Source of the DNA: a virus
Length of the DNA: 64,000 nt
Reading direction: 5' to 3' (one strand)
IMG/VR virus record: IMGVR_UViG_3300033233_000009
Span: 32,001 to 96,000 of that record
Position 1 is the first letter of the stretch. The number at the start of each line of letters is the position of its first letter. A program made the translations under genes and the position numbers. This document shows, one piece after another, positions 36,521 through 46,394 of this stretch. The notes below the pieces were generated by a model, which saw nothing but the letters and a program-made list of their open reading frames with translations, did not search any database and was not told where the DNA came from.

Positions 36521-37764
36521 GCTACGACGCGAAGATCCTGGCAGACTCGATCACGGAGCACGGCGAGCGCCTGACCACGTTCGAGGTCACGTTCCCGCGC
36601 ATCGTGCTCGCTGAAGTGAATACGCACCGGATGCTGAGCCGGAACAGCGCCTCGTCCCGGGCCACCCCGGTCGCGAAGAAGATCGCGCAGATCGAGGTCG
36701 ATCCGTTCATCCCGGCGGCGTTCATCAAGAACCAGAAGGGGATGCAGGGCGCGGAGGCGCTGGACGACGCCATGGCGCTGGAGGCCGAGGCGTGGTGGCG
36801 GCAGGGAGTGACCGGCGCGCTCAGTGTCGCCAGGGCGCTGTCCGGCGCGGGGCTACACAAGGCGCTCGCGAACCGCGTGCTCGAACCCTACGCCTGGCAC
36901 ACCGCTATCCTGTCGGCGACCGACTGGTCGAACTTCTGGCACCTGCGTGTGAACCCGGACGCGCAGGGGGAGTTCCGCACGGCGGCGGAGATGATGCTCG
37001 CGCTCTACGAGAAGCACGAGCCGACGTTGCTCGGGGACGACGACTGGCATCTGCCGCTGGTATCGGAGGAGGAGCGCGACGCCGCGCTGCCAGGTACGCC
37101 GGCAGAGGTGCATGCAGCAGATCAGCGCCTCGTGAAGATCAGCGTGGCCCGTTGCGCTCGCGTCTCGTACCTCACGCACGACGGAGTCCGGGACCAGGCG
37201 GAAGACCTGGCTCTCTACGAGAAGCTCGTCACGGGCGGCCACCTGAGCCCGCTGGAGCATGTGGCGCGGCCGATGACGACCTACGAGCGAACACGGTTCG
37301 AGCAGATCCCTCACATGTGGGACGGACGTGTCTGGATCTGGGCAGGCCAGCGGACGACGCACTACCTCGGCAACTACGATGGGTGGGTCCAGCACAGGAA
37401 GCTCGTCCCCGGCGAGGCGGACATCCTCGGGTACCGAGCGCGAGTCGAGAAGGACTGCGAGCAGATGGGGGCCATGTGCGCCGCGTACGAGGAGAAGTTC
37501 AAGATGCAGCGCGAGATCGTCTGCGCTGCGCAGGACTGGCGGAAAGAGGACATGGATCGGGAGGCAGAGGCGCACGAGGAGACGGGACGCGGCCTGCTCG
37601 ACACGCTCGCCGACGCCGTGGACGCTCTGAACGAGTGGGTGAAGGAGCGCGCCGCGGAGCGCGCGGGGTCGTTCACCTGTCCGACCTGTGGCCCCCACGT
37701 CAAGGCGGACGAGGACGGATGCTGCGCGACGTGCGGCGCGGATTGCAAGATGGAGGGCGCGTGA
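36517..37764 (+). CDS. thyX: Flavin-dependent thymidylate synthase with C-terminal extension
   Basis: FPRIVLAEVNTHRMLSRNSASSRA, HK..ANRVLEP, NFWHLR..AQ.E, SVARCARVSY, HLSPLEH. Confidence 0.85.
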   Translation: MSYDAKILADSITEHGERLTTFEVTFPRIVLAEVNTHRMLSRNSASSRATPVAKKIAQIEVDPFIPAAFIKNQKGMQGAEALDDAMALEAEAWWRQGVTGALSVARALSGAGLHKALANRVLEPYAWHTAILSATDWSNFWHLRVNPDAQGEFRTAAEMMLALYEKHEPTLLGDDDWHLPLVSEEERDAALPGTPAEVHAADQRLVKISVARCARVSYLTHDGVRDQAEDLALYEKLVTGGHLSPLEHVARPMTTYERTRFEQIPHMWDGRVWIWAGQRTTHYLGNYDGWVQHRKLVPGEADILGYRARVEKDCEQMGAMCAAYEEKFKMQREIVCAAQDWRKEDMDREAEAHEETGRGLLDTLADAVDALNEWVKERAAERAGSFTCPTCGPHVKADEDGCCATCGADCKMEGA

Positions 37765-37961
37765 ACGAAGGCCCGAAAGTCCGTGTCGAGGCGTCCTGCT
37801 CGGACTGCGTCCACTGTCGGAACGACAGGTACGTGTGCCAGGGCGACTCCGGCTTCGACGTCTCGTGCGGACATCCCGACGTGAAGGGTGACCGGCGCAT
37901 CGGGGACACGACGTGGAAGACGCCTGCGTGGTGTCCGTTCCTGGGAGGACAGCAACCGTGA
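37761..37961 (+). CDS. Small Cys-rich protein
   Basis: CSDCVHC..C..PAWCP. Confidence 0.5.
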   Translation: MNEGPKVRVEASCSDCVHCRNDRYVCQGDSGFDVSCGHPDVKGDRRIGDTTWKTPAWCPFLGGQQP

Positions 37962-38287
37962 CCGACGAGGAGTGGGCTGCCTCAATCGTGAACGTGGATC
38001 TGCTGGAGGCCTACGCGGAGTCGGCAGCGGCGCTGGGCACTACGGACCTAGTCATGTGTCTCAACGTCGCGGAAGACGGCCTCGTGGCTTTCCGGCGCGA
38101 AAAGCTCCAGGCCGACTGGCGCAAACTGTTCCCGGATCCGAGCACCTTCTCGAAGCAGCTGTCGGAGCCCGCGACCGATCACACCGCTCTGCAGATGGCC
38201 TTCTGGTTCGTCGTGCAAGCGCCTGGTGGCGTCGTGTGCATCGCGGTGGGTTGCCAGCGTGCGCCACGAAAAGCAGCGACGGCCTGA
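37958..38287 (+). CDS. Hypothetical protein
   Basis: GGAGG RBS, GTGA overlap. Confidence 0.5.
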   Translation: MTDEEWAASIVNVDLLEAYAESAAALGTTDLVMCLNVAEDGLVAFRREKLQADWRKLFPDPSTFSKQLSEPATDHTALQMAFWFVVQAPGGVVCIAVGCQRAPRKAATA

Positions 38288-38313
38288 GTACGGGAACCAC
38301 CGAAGGAGAGAGC

Positions 38314-39519
38314 ATGGAGCACGAGCAGACGACGAACGATGACCTGAACGACCACGCGGTCGAGCGGGCGATGCGCGAGGACGCGGAGGCCAACGACCCG
38401 GTCAACCACCCGAAGCACTACCGGAGCCACCCGAGTGGCGTGGAGTGCATCACCGTCGTCGAGCACTTCAACTTCAACCGCGGGAACGCCATGAAGTACA
38501 TCTGGCGCGCCGGGGAGAAGGGCGACGTGATCGAGGATCTGAGGAAGGCCGCGTGGTACGTACAGCGCGAGATCGAGCGGCTGACGCGACCAGCGGTACC
38601 CGTCCCTGACGTGCATGTCGCGGCGTCACCGGAGACGATCGACGAGGTGCTGGCCCCGGCCGGCCCGATCACCTGCCTCGTCTGCAACTTGACGTTCGGC
38701 ACCGCGGAAACATTCCAGGCGCACCGCGAGATGGTCCACGGCGAGGAGGAGATCCCGCCGGCCCTGGACTGCCCCATCTGCCGCGCCCTCGCGCGGATGC
38801 CAGGGACTGACTGGATCTGCGCGCACCACAAGAAGACTCCCGCCATCGACTCCACGTGCGATGGCGTTCTAGCCGGTGCCGGCCACGGTGGAGAAGACCG
38901 GCGCTCTGACGCGGCGCTGTTCGCCGGTGGCGAGGAGGATGACGGGTGGGACCCGATGGACCTGGAGCGCGCGCTGGATCGAGCGCGGCTGGTGGAAGTC
39001 GGCTCGCGCCGATTCATCAACAGCGTGCGCGGGCTGCGATCTGTGATCGTGGCGCTGCTGCGAGCGTACACGACGGTGCAGGCACTGGAGCACCAGGAGG
39101 CTGCGAAGGCGGCCGAGCGGCTGACCGTGCAGCTAACGGCACGGACAGCGAAGCTCGAACACGTGGAGACCGAGATGACCGCCGCCTACGCGGCTGCCGG
39201 CATCAGCGACATGGAGAACCTGGCGAGGCACATCACCCGGCTGCGCACCATGGCAGCGAGCGCGGAGGACTACCGCGACCGGGCAACCGTCGCGCAGGCG
39301 GAACGACAGACCGCCGAGGCCCGTCGTGGTTCCCTGCTGGCGCTCGTCGAGCGCGTCGGCGCACTACTCGCGTACCTGGACGGCCGCTGCCGCTCGGACG
39401 GCTCCGAGAACGAGACGGAACGCGCCGCGCTCAACGCCTACGGCTACGTGCGCGCACGGTTGCAGTCCGCCATGGCCGCGCTGCCGCAGGATCTGCGGGA
39501 AGAAGCGTGCGGCGCGTGA
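38314..39519 (+). CDS. DUF3310 domain protein with zinc-finger and coiled-coil extension
   Basis: DPVNHPKHY..GVECI..FNRGNAMKYIWRAGEKG..EDLRKAAWY. Confidence 0.8.
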   Translation: MEHEQTTNDDLNDHAVERAMREDAEANDPVNHPKHYRSHPSGVECITVVEHFNFNRGNAMKYIWRAGEKGDVIEDLRKAAWYVQREIERLTRPAVPVPDVHVAASPETIDEVLAPAGPITCLVCNLTFGTAETFQAHREMVHGEEEIPPALDCPICRALARMPGTDWICAHHKKTPAIDSTCDGVLAGAGHGGEDRRSDAALFAGGEEDDGWDPMDLERALDRARLVEVGSRRFINSVRGLRSVIVALLRAYTTVQALEHQEAAKAAERLTVQLTARTAKLEHVETEMTAAYAAAGISDMENLARHITRLRTMAASAEDYRDRATVAQAERQTAEARRGSLLALVERVGALLAYLDGRCRSDGSENETERAALNAYGYVRARLQSAMAALPQDLREEACGA

Positions 39520-39521
39520 AG

Positions 39522-39557
39522 CAACCCAAGGCAGCGCGGGGCCTACGACGCCGCGAC
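39522..39557 (+). CRISPR. Orphan degenerate CRISPR repeat
   Basis: caacccaaggcagcgcggggcctacgacgccgcgac: 31/36 identical to the array repeat, 31 of the last 32. Confidence 0.9.
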
Positions 39558-39575
39558 AAGGTCCAATCCACCCAG

Positions 39576-39604
39576 TTGACAGCAGCGGCAGCACGCTGTA
39601 CGCC
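39576..39604 (+). promoter_or_regulatory. Promoter TTGACA-N17-TACGCC
   Basis: Consensus -35; 8 nt before ATG 39613. Confidence 0.55.
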
Positions 39605-39612
39605 TACAGAAG

Positions 39613-39990
39613 ATGACCGACGACGACGCCAAGAGCCCCAAGGCCCCCGCTCCGCTGAACCGCCAGCAGCGCCGCGCCCTGAAGCGCGGCCGGATGAAGC
39701 TGATCGAGGGCGGCAAACCGGCGGACGCCCCGTCGGTGGACATGAGCCAGCCGGCCGGGCGCTTCGCCTACCACCTGCACGAGTTCATCGTGCGGTACTT
39801 CGCGGCAAACCCGGATCTGGAGCGCACGGCGGCGTGCGCGGCCGCGTTGCAGATCGCGGCGAAGTTCGCTGTCGAGCTGGGCGGGGACACCGATCAGTTC
39901 GCCATGGCGGCGTCGCACTTCTTCGACGGCGAGGCCGCGGCGCGCCGGAAGCCGGGCGGCGGTACGCCTGGGCCGGGCAGGGCAGGATGA
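39613..39990 (+). CDS. Hypothetical protein
   Basis: Follows the promoter; NRQQRR motif. Confidence 0.6.
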   Translation: MTDDDAKSPKAPAPLNRQQRRALKRGRMKLIEGGKPADAPSVDMSQPAGRFAYHLHEFIVRYFAANPDLERTAACAAALQIAAKFAVELGGDTDQFAMAASHFFDGEAAARRKPGGGTPGPGRAG

Positions 39991-39997
39991 GCGCGCC

Positions 39998-41314
39998 ATG
40001 AGCGAACCGCGACCGGAACAGCCGACCATCCCAGCCGAGGACTACTTCGGCCCGGGGGACGCCGCGACGTACGACTACGGTGTCCTGTACCAGGCGGAGT
40101 GGGAGACGCCGTGGGACGCGACGGCCATCGCTGCGCGCCTGCACGCGCGGGCGCTGGCGGCGCAGGGGGTCCCGGTGCTGCTCAAGTCGTTCTCGGGCAT
40201 CATCGTGAACGACGCGGGGATCCCCGAGCCCGTGTTCGCGCCGGGGGGCCTGCCGGACGTGGTGAAGGCCGAGGTCGGCACGCTGCCCGACACGTCGATC
40301 CGTACGCTGGCCGTCTTGCTCCGGCACATGGTGGTGCACGGCCAGGGCACGCTGGAAAACCATCTGATGCCGCGCCAGGTGGTGGCCTCCGACCCGGAGC
40401 TGCTGCTGGCCCTGCGGCGCGCGGTGTACGACTCGACGATCACCTACACGGTCTGGGAACGGGACCGCGTGGCACCCGGCATTGCGGCGCAGCTTGCCCG
40501 GTGCGGGCAGGCGTGGGTCCCCTGCCACCAGAACGCGGCGATGCTGATCCGGTCGGGCGTGCCGGCGGAGAAGGTCCACGTCGTGCCGCACCCGTACGAG
40601 CCGAGCGACCCGATCTGTCGGCTGGTCGAGCGGCGGCCGTTCGCGGAGCGCCGCTTCTACACCATCGGGCGCTGGGAGCCGCGCAAGGGCCTGCATGAGC
40701 TGGTCGGCGCGTTCCTGGAAGCGTTCCGGCCGGGCGACGACGTCCGGCTCACGATCAAGACCAGTCCGGGCACGTGGAGGGGGTACCCGACGCCCGAGGA
40801 GAGCCTCGCCGAGTGGCTCAAGCGGTACGACTACTGGCGGAACCCGGAGACGATGGCGGCGCACCTCACGGTGGACACGCGGCGGTACCCGCGGAGCAAG
40901 ATCCTGAAACTGCACTTCGACCACAACCTGTACGTCTCCGCGTCGCATGGAGAAGCGTGGGCCCTGGGGGCATTCGAGGCGAAGCTCGCGGGCAATCGCG
41001 TGGTGCACGTGCCGTATGGCGGCACGGCGGACTTCTGCGAGCCGGAGGACGTGCCGGTGGCCTACGGTATGGAGAAGGTGCACCCGAGCTACGGCTGGGA
41101 GCCCGACGCCGAGTGGGCGAGCGTCACGAGTGAGGCGCTCGTGCGCGCGCTGCGCAAGGCGACGCCGCCTGTCGCGTTCGCGCGGCCGGCGCACTACGAG
41201 CGCGTGTTCGGCTTTCCGGCCGTCGGGCGGCAGATGGCCGACTTGATCCTCAAGCGGCTTGACGGAGTGGACCCAAAGGCGGCCGCGTGGCTGCGGGAGC
41301 GGGTGAAGACATGA
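39998..41314 (+). CDS. Glycosyltransferase, GT-B/GT4-like
   Basis: YTVWE, WVPC, VVPH, IGRWEPRKG, YVSASHGEAWAL..EA. Confidence 0.85.
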   Translation: MSEPRPEQPTIPAEDYFGPGDAATYDYGVLYQAEWETPWDATAIAARLHARALAAQGVPVLLKSFSGIIVNDAGIPEPVFAPGGLPDVVKAEVGTLPDTSIRTLAVLLRHMVVHGQGTLENHLMPRQVVASDPELLLALRRAVYDSTITYTVWERDRVAPGIAAQLARCGQAWVPCHQNAAMLIRSGVPAEKVHVVPHPYEPSDPICRLVERRPFAERRFYTIGRWEPRKGLHELVGAFLEAFRPGDDVRLTIKTSPGTWRGYPTPEESLAEWLKRYDYWRNPETMAAHLTVDTRRYPRSKILKLHFDHNLYVSASHGEAWALGAFEAKLAGNRVVHVPYGGTADFCEPEDVPVAYGMEKVHPSYGWEPDAEWASVTSEALVRALRKATPPVAFARPAHYERVFGFPAVGRQMADLILKRLDGVDPKAAAWLRERVKT

Positions 41315-41574
41315 AGATCGCGAGCGAGCAGGACGAGTCAAAGAAGGATGCACTGCTCCTGGCGGTGCACGCCGTGAGCACGCAGGCATACGGGGACCTC
41401 GTGCTGCGGCTGGGCCTGGAGCCCGAGGATGCTGTTGGCCTGATCGGGATGGCGATGTTCGAGGAAGCGGCGGCGATGACGCAATCCCATCGGCTGTCGC
41501 GGGAAGAGTTCCTGACGGCAGCGGGTCTGTGCTGGGACGCAGTGGCCGCGGTGCGCGAGAAGGGGGCAGCGTGA
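41311..41574 (+). CDS. Hypothetical protein
   Basis: Coupled junctions. Confidence 0.5.
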   Translation: MKIASEQDESKKDALLLAVHAVSTQAYGDLVLRLGLEPEDAVGLIGMAMFEEAAAMTQSHRLSREEFLTAAGLCWDAVAAVREKGAA

Positions 41575-42152
41575 GCACCGGACGACCCAGCGACGATGCC
41601 TCCACCGAGGAGTGGCAGCTCTATGTACTTCACCGGGTGGCGCCGCTCATCGCGGAGCGCGATGTAGAGTTTCAGGGGGCGCTGCCGCTGTTTACGGCGC
41701 TGGCCGCACAGATGGACGTCGAGACCGCGCGGTTCGCGCCCGTCGTGAGGGAGATGCTGGCTCTCGCGCAGGCTGCGGCAGTGAGTGTCGAGGGCCTGCT
41801 CGACACCCTGAAGGCGGCGTTCGCTCCCGACCCGATGCCCTGGCCACTGTGGCTCGGGCGTCCGCGTCAGGCGGAGGGCGGCGACGGCAGCGAGGCGTAC
41901 TTTGCGCCGCCCGCGTGGGAGGCTCACTGCGAGCGGGTCTACCTGCGAGAGTGGGAGCGACGCCGTCTGGAGGCGCAGGGCCTGGACTTCGCGACGATCG
42001 AGCGGGCGAAGAATCGCGGGACGGCTGACGAGCGCGCGATCATGGCGCAGGCGGGGCTCGGGAGCCTCGGCGGTGGCGTGGTCGTGGTGGTGGAGCGAGC
42101 GCCGCAGGGCGAGGGGGCTACGGACGATCCGGCGGAGCGGACGGGGCCATGA
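41571..42152 (+). CDS. Hypothetical protein
   Basis: Coupled junctions. Confidence 0.5.
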   Translation: MSTGRPSDDASTEEWQLYVLHRVAPLIAERDVEFQGALPLFTALAAQMDVETARFAPVVREMLALAQAAAVSVEGLLDTLKAAFAPDPMPWPLWLGRPRQAEGGDGSEAYFAPPAWEAHCERVYLREWERRRLEAQGLDFATIERAKNRGTADERAIMAQAGLGSLGGGVVVVVERAPQGEGATDDPAERTGP

Positions 42153-42427
42153 CGAGGCTGACCCGAGAGGAAGCGATCCAGAAGATGCGCGAGGGGCAGA
42201 CCGTGCGCCACGTGACCTGGGCACACGGTGCCGTCATCTTCATGGAGGACGCTGCCGGTCGAGATCCGTGGCTGGTGCGGCGTGAGCGGCTCTCCGACGC
42301 TTTGAAAAGCACGCCCAACGGGGGCAACGGGCTCAACTGGGAGGTGGTGCTCAAGCCCTGTGAGCCGGAGGAGGAGCCCCGGTGTGGCGCCATCCCGGCA
42401 GCGGTGGCGACGAAGGCGGGGTCGTGA
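42149..42427 (+). CDS. Hypothetical protein
   Basis: Coupled junctions. Confidence 0.5.
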   Translation: MTRLTREEAIQKMREGQTVRHVTWAHGAVIFMEDAAGRDPWLVRRERLSDALKSTPNGGNGLNWEVVLKPCEPEEEPRCGAIPAAVATKAGS

Positions 42428-43545
42428 CGCCCACGGTCCGCCTCTACGGCCGCGTGCTCGGCTACGGATCGCACGCGCAGGTCACGGATGGATTTGCCGG
42501 CGTGCTGCGCGACGCGGACCTGCTCGCCGGCATCGTCGCGTTCGATCGCGACCTGCCGCCCGACTCGCCCCAGCCCGGCGGCGCGCTCGCGCCGCATGCC
42601 GTATTCACCGGGCCACTCGGCCACCTGCGCGCCATGCGGAGCGGTGCGCGCCACCGGGCACGGTACGCGATGCTGGCACCGAACAGCTCGGCGGTGCCCC
42701 CGCTCCTGCTCCGGGCGCTGGAGAGCGAGTGCACGGAAATCCTCGTGCCGTCGGAGTGGGCGCAGGAAGTCGTCGAGGAGCTGACAAGCATTCCGGTGCG
42801 CGTCGTGCCGCACGGCATTGCCCCGGGGTTCGTTCGGAGCCCGTCCCTGCGCGAGGTGGCCGCGGAGGCGTATCGACGTGGCGCCTTCAACGTGCTGCAC
42901 CTGTCGTCGAGTGACCGGGAGCGCAAGGGCACGCACGCCTTGCTGGAGGCGTGGGGGATGCTGATGGCGAAGGGGGAGCTGCCCGCGGAAGCGAAGCTCC
43001 GCCTGGTGCTCGACGTGGAGGCGCTCTCGAAGACCGTGGCGTGGATGGCGGAGCGTGCGGGGCCAGGTATGCGCCTCGATTCCGTCACGGTGACGGCACG
43101 GCTGGAGGCGCGTCCGACAGCGCTCGCGCAGGTCTACGGCGTGCAGCACGTCGTGTGCCAGCCCTCACGTGGGGAGGGCTTCGGCTGCTGCCCCCTCGAA
43201 GGGCTCGCGTGCGGGGTGCCGATCGTGGCCACGGCCTGCACGGGGCATTCGCAGTGGTTCCGCCCTCTCAGTCTTCAGCCCAGCCTCCCGGGCGCCGTGC
43301 GGGTCGAGCATGGCCCGGACGCGCGAATCGACGACCTGCCGGGGGCCATGGCGCCGACGGTCGAGCCCGACGCCGTTGCGGTGGCGCTGCGGCGCGCGTA
43401 CGCGGAGTGGGAGGCGCTCGACGCCGCGGCTGCATCCGGGGCCGCGGCCCTGCGCGAGACCTGGGCGTGGGGCAGACAGATCGCGCCCTTCGTGGAGTAT
43501 CTGCGTCAATCGGACGCCAACCAGCAGGAGACGACGACCCCATGA
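42424..43545 (+). CDS. Glycosyltransferase, GT4 family
   Basis: LVPSEW, VVPHGI, RKG, PSRGEGFGCCPLEGLACGVPIVAT (EX7E). Confidence 0.9.
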   Translation: MTPTVRLYGRVLGYGSHAQVTDGFAGVLRDADLLAGIVAFDRDLPPDSPQPGGALAPHAVFTGPLGHLRAMRSGARHRARYAMLAPNSSAVPPLLLRALESECTEILVPSEWAQEVVEELTSIPVRVVPHGIAPGFVRSPSLREVAAEAYRRGAFNVLHLSSSDRERKGTHALLEAWGMLMAKGELPAEAKLRLVLDVEALSKTVAWMAERAGPGMRLDSVTVTARLEARPTALAQVYGVQHVVCQPSRGEGFGCCPLEGLACGVPIVATACTGHSQWFRPLSLQPSLPGAVRVEHGPDARIDDLPGAMAPTVEPDAVAVALRRAYAEWEALDAAAASGAAALRETWAWGRQIAPFVEYLRQSDANQQETTTP

Positions 43546-44006
43546 ATGACCCTACCGATCCGCCCGCCACCTCGACCGAGCCCGGCATCACTCCCACCTC
43601 GCAGCCGGCCAGCAAGCCCACCGACGACCGGCTCGCGCCGTTCCGTGCGCTGTTCGGGATGCCGGTCGCCGTGCAGTTCGCGCAGCAGGTGCCCTACGTG
43701 CAGATCGCTCCGCTGATGGACAAGAACGGGGAGCCGCAGACGGTGCGGGTTCCGGGCTCCGACCGCGTGATCGGGCTGCCGGGCATCGTGGAGCCCATGC
43801 AGCCCACCGCCGTCGCCGTCGGCGTGCTCCGGGCGTCGGAGTGCGGCACGTGGCTCGTCATCGAGGAGCGGCTCGGCATCCCGCGCACGGCGGAGTCGCT
43901 CGGCGGGCAGGCGCTGATGGACGTGTACGTGCGACCGGAAATGGTCACGCACGTCAGCTTCGTCCGCGCGGTCGAGTTGCGGCCGCGGCGCGACGGGGGC
44001 GGATGA
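43542..44006 (+). CDS. Hypothetical protein
   Basis: AGGAG RBS, ATGA overlap. Confidence 0.55.
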   Translation: MNDPTDPPATSTEPGITPTSQPASKPTDDRLAPFRALFGMPVAVQFAQQVPYVQIAPLMDKNGEPQTVRVPGSDRVIGLPGIVEPMQPTAVAVGVLRASECGTWLVIEERLGIPRTAESLGGQALMDVYVRPEMVTHVSFVRAVELRPRRDGGG

Positions 44007-44365
44007 CCTCGCCGCAGGCGCGCCTTCGCGCCATCGAGAAACAGATCCGATCCTGCGAAGCCGCGCTCAACCGCGCCCAGGAGGCGAAGTACCGGTTCTA
44101 CCGGTCGTACTGCAAGCAGCACCCGCTGACGGCGAAGCAGTACGATTGGCTCGTCGCGCGGGTAGCGGCGGGCGGAGCACTCTGCTGCGACGAGGGCCGT
44201 AAGTTCCTGCTGAGCACGGTGCCGCCCATCTGGGCAGCGCTCATCAACCACTGGGCGTACGAGGCGCTGAGTTGCAAGGGCAACTCGAAGAACCACGGGG
44301 AGGACGTAGCGAAGGTCCGGCTCCAGCTTCGGCGGGATGTGCCGCCGCCGGGCTACCACGCCTGA
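44003..44365 (+). CDS. Hypothetical protein
   Basis: ATGA overlap. Confidence 0.5.
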   Translation: MTSPQARLRAIEKQIRSCEAALNRAQEAKYRFYRSYCKQHPLTAKQYDWLVARVAAGGALCCDEGRKFLLSTVPPIWAALINHWAYEALSCKGNSKNHGEDVAKVRLQLRRDVPPPGYHA

Positions 44366-44375
44366 GCGTGCCGTC

Positions 44376-45041
44376 ATGCCGGAGCCCCCGCCGAAGGAGG
44401 AGGACCACGCCCGCTTCCGGCGCTGGCTGATCGAGAAGGTCAAGCGGTCGCGCTGGGTGACCTACCCGACGGACAGTCTGGAGGCGGTCGCGCGTCGTGT
44501 CGGTGTGCAGCCCGACGTGCTCGTGCAGGCGCAGGCCGAGCTGTCGGCGGAACGGCGCAGCGCGGGCCAGCGAGCGGTCGTGCTGGGCACCGGGAAGACC
44601 GTGCACGGTCGGCGCAAGCAGATCGACCTCGACCTGCCGAAGGCGCTGAACGACGACTGGCTCGCGTACTGCCGCGCGCGCGACCTGTCCAGCTCGGTGG
44701 TGCTGCGGAGCATCATCCACACGCTGCTGTCGGGGCCGGAGAATCCCGGCTGGACCGGCCGCTCGTGGTGGTACCGCGGCAAGACGCACCGGCTGAGCAA
44801 CTTCAAGGAGGTCGCGGCGAAGGGGTGGTGGCCGTACAACGCCAAGACCGACGTGACACCGGGGGCCTTCCGGGCGCTGGTGCTGCGGGCCCAGCGGCTC
44901 CGTTGCACGTACACGGGCCTGGTCCGGGGGGCCATCATCGATCTGCTGGAGGGGCGCACGAAGCGGCTGAACGTGGTCACCGTGGCCTCGGAGATGTGGG
45001 AGGACGAGAACCGCTACTGGACGGGGAAAGAGCCCCCTTGA
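44376..45041 (+). CDS. Hypothetical, possibly DNA-binding (RHH/HTH-like segments)
   Basis: IDLDLPKAL..SSVVLRSII; LEAVARRVGV. Confidence 0.45.
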   Translation: MPEPPPKEEDHARFRRWLIEKVKRSRWVTYPTDSLEAVARRVGVQPDVLVQAQAELSAERRSAGQRAVVLGTGKTVHGRRKQIDLDLPKALNDDWLAYCRARDLSSSVVLRSIIHTLLSGPENPGWTGRSWWYRGKTHRLSNFKEVAAKGWWPYNAKTDVTPGAFRALVLRAQRLRCTYTGLVRGAIIDLLEGRTKRLNVVTVASEMWEDENRYWTGKEPP

Positions 45042-45066
45042 CAGCCGGTGGCGGGAGTGGCAGCGT
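45038..45066 (+). promoter_or_regulatory. Promoter TTGACA-N17-CAGCGT
   Basis: 7 nt before ATG 45074. Confidence 0.45.
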
Positions 45067-45258
45067 TGGCGGCATGGAACCATGTGCCTGGTACAGCGTC
45101 ACAGCGGGCCAGGGCCTGGCCCTGCTCAGCACGGACGAGTGGGACGGGGGGAGCGAGTTCGTGCTCGTGGTCGGCGGCCGCGTGGCGGCGCGCTCGGGCG
45201 CCCCGGCGGTGCAGAAGGCCGAGCCGGCGCAGTGGCCCAGCGGATGGGGGCAGGGCCC

Positions 45259-45612
45259 ATGACGGAGGGGACCAAGGCCGAGCTGGCCGCACTCGTCGAG
45301 CGCATGGATGAAGTTGCGTGCCGGACCTACGGTCTGTTCTTCGGCGCGAACATGGGTGGGGAGGTGCATGCCTTCATCGAGTTCAACGGGCTGCTCGGCA
45401 AGTACGTCGAAGTGTGCGCGCGGTGCGCCGCGCAGGGGATCGACTTCCGCTTCCTGAACACGCACACGGGGCAGGCGCTGCCGGTGGCCGTGCACGACAT
45501 GGAGTACCTCGGGGAGAAGCTCCGGTGCATCTTCGGCCCGATCATCGACGCGAACCCGGCAGCGCGCGAGGCGCTGAAGAAGGCGCTGTTCGGGGAGGGG
45601 CCGCAGCCATGA
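45259..45612 (+). CDS. Hypothetical phage protein
   Basis: HAFIEFNGLL..EKLRCIFGP. Confidence 0.6.
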   Translation: MTEGTKAELAALVERMDEVACRTYGLFFGANMGGEVHAFIEFNGLLGKYVEVCARCAAQGIDFRFLNTHTGQALPVAVHDMEYLGEKLRCIFGPIIDANPAAREALKKALFGEGPQP

Positions 45613-45869
45613 CCTGGGCGGAGGCGTACGCGCTGTGGCAGCGGCTGGATGGGTCGATCTGGTTCGGCGTCGCCGTGTACCCCTACCTGTCGCGGCGCCG
45701 CATCCAGGAGCGGCTCGACCTGGCGGCGGAGGCGGTACGCGACCAGGAGACGACCATCCGGGGGCTGCTGGTCGCTACCGGGCTCAGCGGCGTGGATCTG
45801 CATCGGGTGCGGCGGCGGATGCGGCTGCTGCTGACGGACGACGAAGACAGCACGGAGGCGCGGCACTGA
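45609..45869 (+). CDS. Hypothetical protein
   Basis: Coupled junctions. Confidence 0.45.
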   Translation: MTWAEAYALWQRLDGSIWFGVAVYPYLSRRRIQERLDLAAEAVRDQETTIRGLLVATGLSGVDLHRVRRRMRLLLTDDEDSTEARH

Positions 45870-46123
45870 TGCGAGCGTTCCGTCTAGGGAGTCGCGTCGT
45901 GGTCCGGCGGACCGCGGAGGGCCACGTCGTCAACGCCGCGGGCAGGGTCGCGCGGCTGCGCCGCTGCGACGACGGGGCGTGGATCGCGCTGGACCGGCGG
46001 CTGCCGGACGAGGCGCCGCATCCGTTCCCTGCGGGCGACCAGCGCGGCACGCACGTGCTCGCCTTCCCTGATGACTGCGAGCCGGCGCACCTGCGCGCGG
46101 TGGCGGCAGCGGAGCGTGGGTGA
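45869..46123 (+). CDS. Hypothetical protein
   Basis: GGAGG RBS, TGATG overlap. Confidence 0.45.
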   Translation: MRAFRLGSRVVVRRTAEGHVVNAAGRVARLRRCDDGAWIALDRRLPDEAPHPFPAGDQRGTHVLAFPDDCEPAHLRAVAAAERG

Positions 46124-46394
46124 CATGCCGTGAGGTGGCGTCCCTTCACCCTGCGCGCCGTGCGTCTCGAAGGAGAGCCGGACCCCGGCGGCGAGTCCGA
46201 CCACTGGCTCACGTGTCTGCTGTGCGAGCAGCCGACGCGGGGCGACCTGGCAGGCAAGCGGCCGAGTGGCAAGCCGGTGGAGTACACGGTGACGCTCCTC
46301 GGTGACGGTCAGGTGCGCGGCTTCGGGCTGCACTTACGCTGCCTGGAGAAGATGGAGCGGTGGCAAGAGAAGATGGCGATCGGAGAGGACGAGC

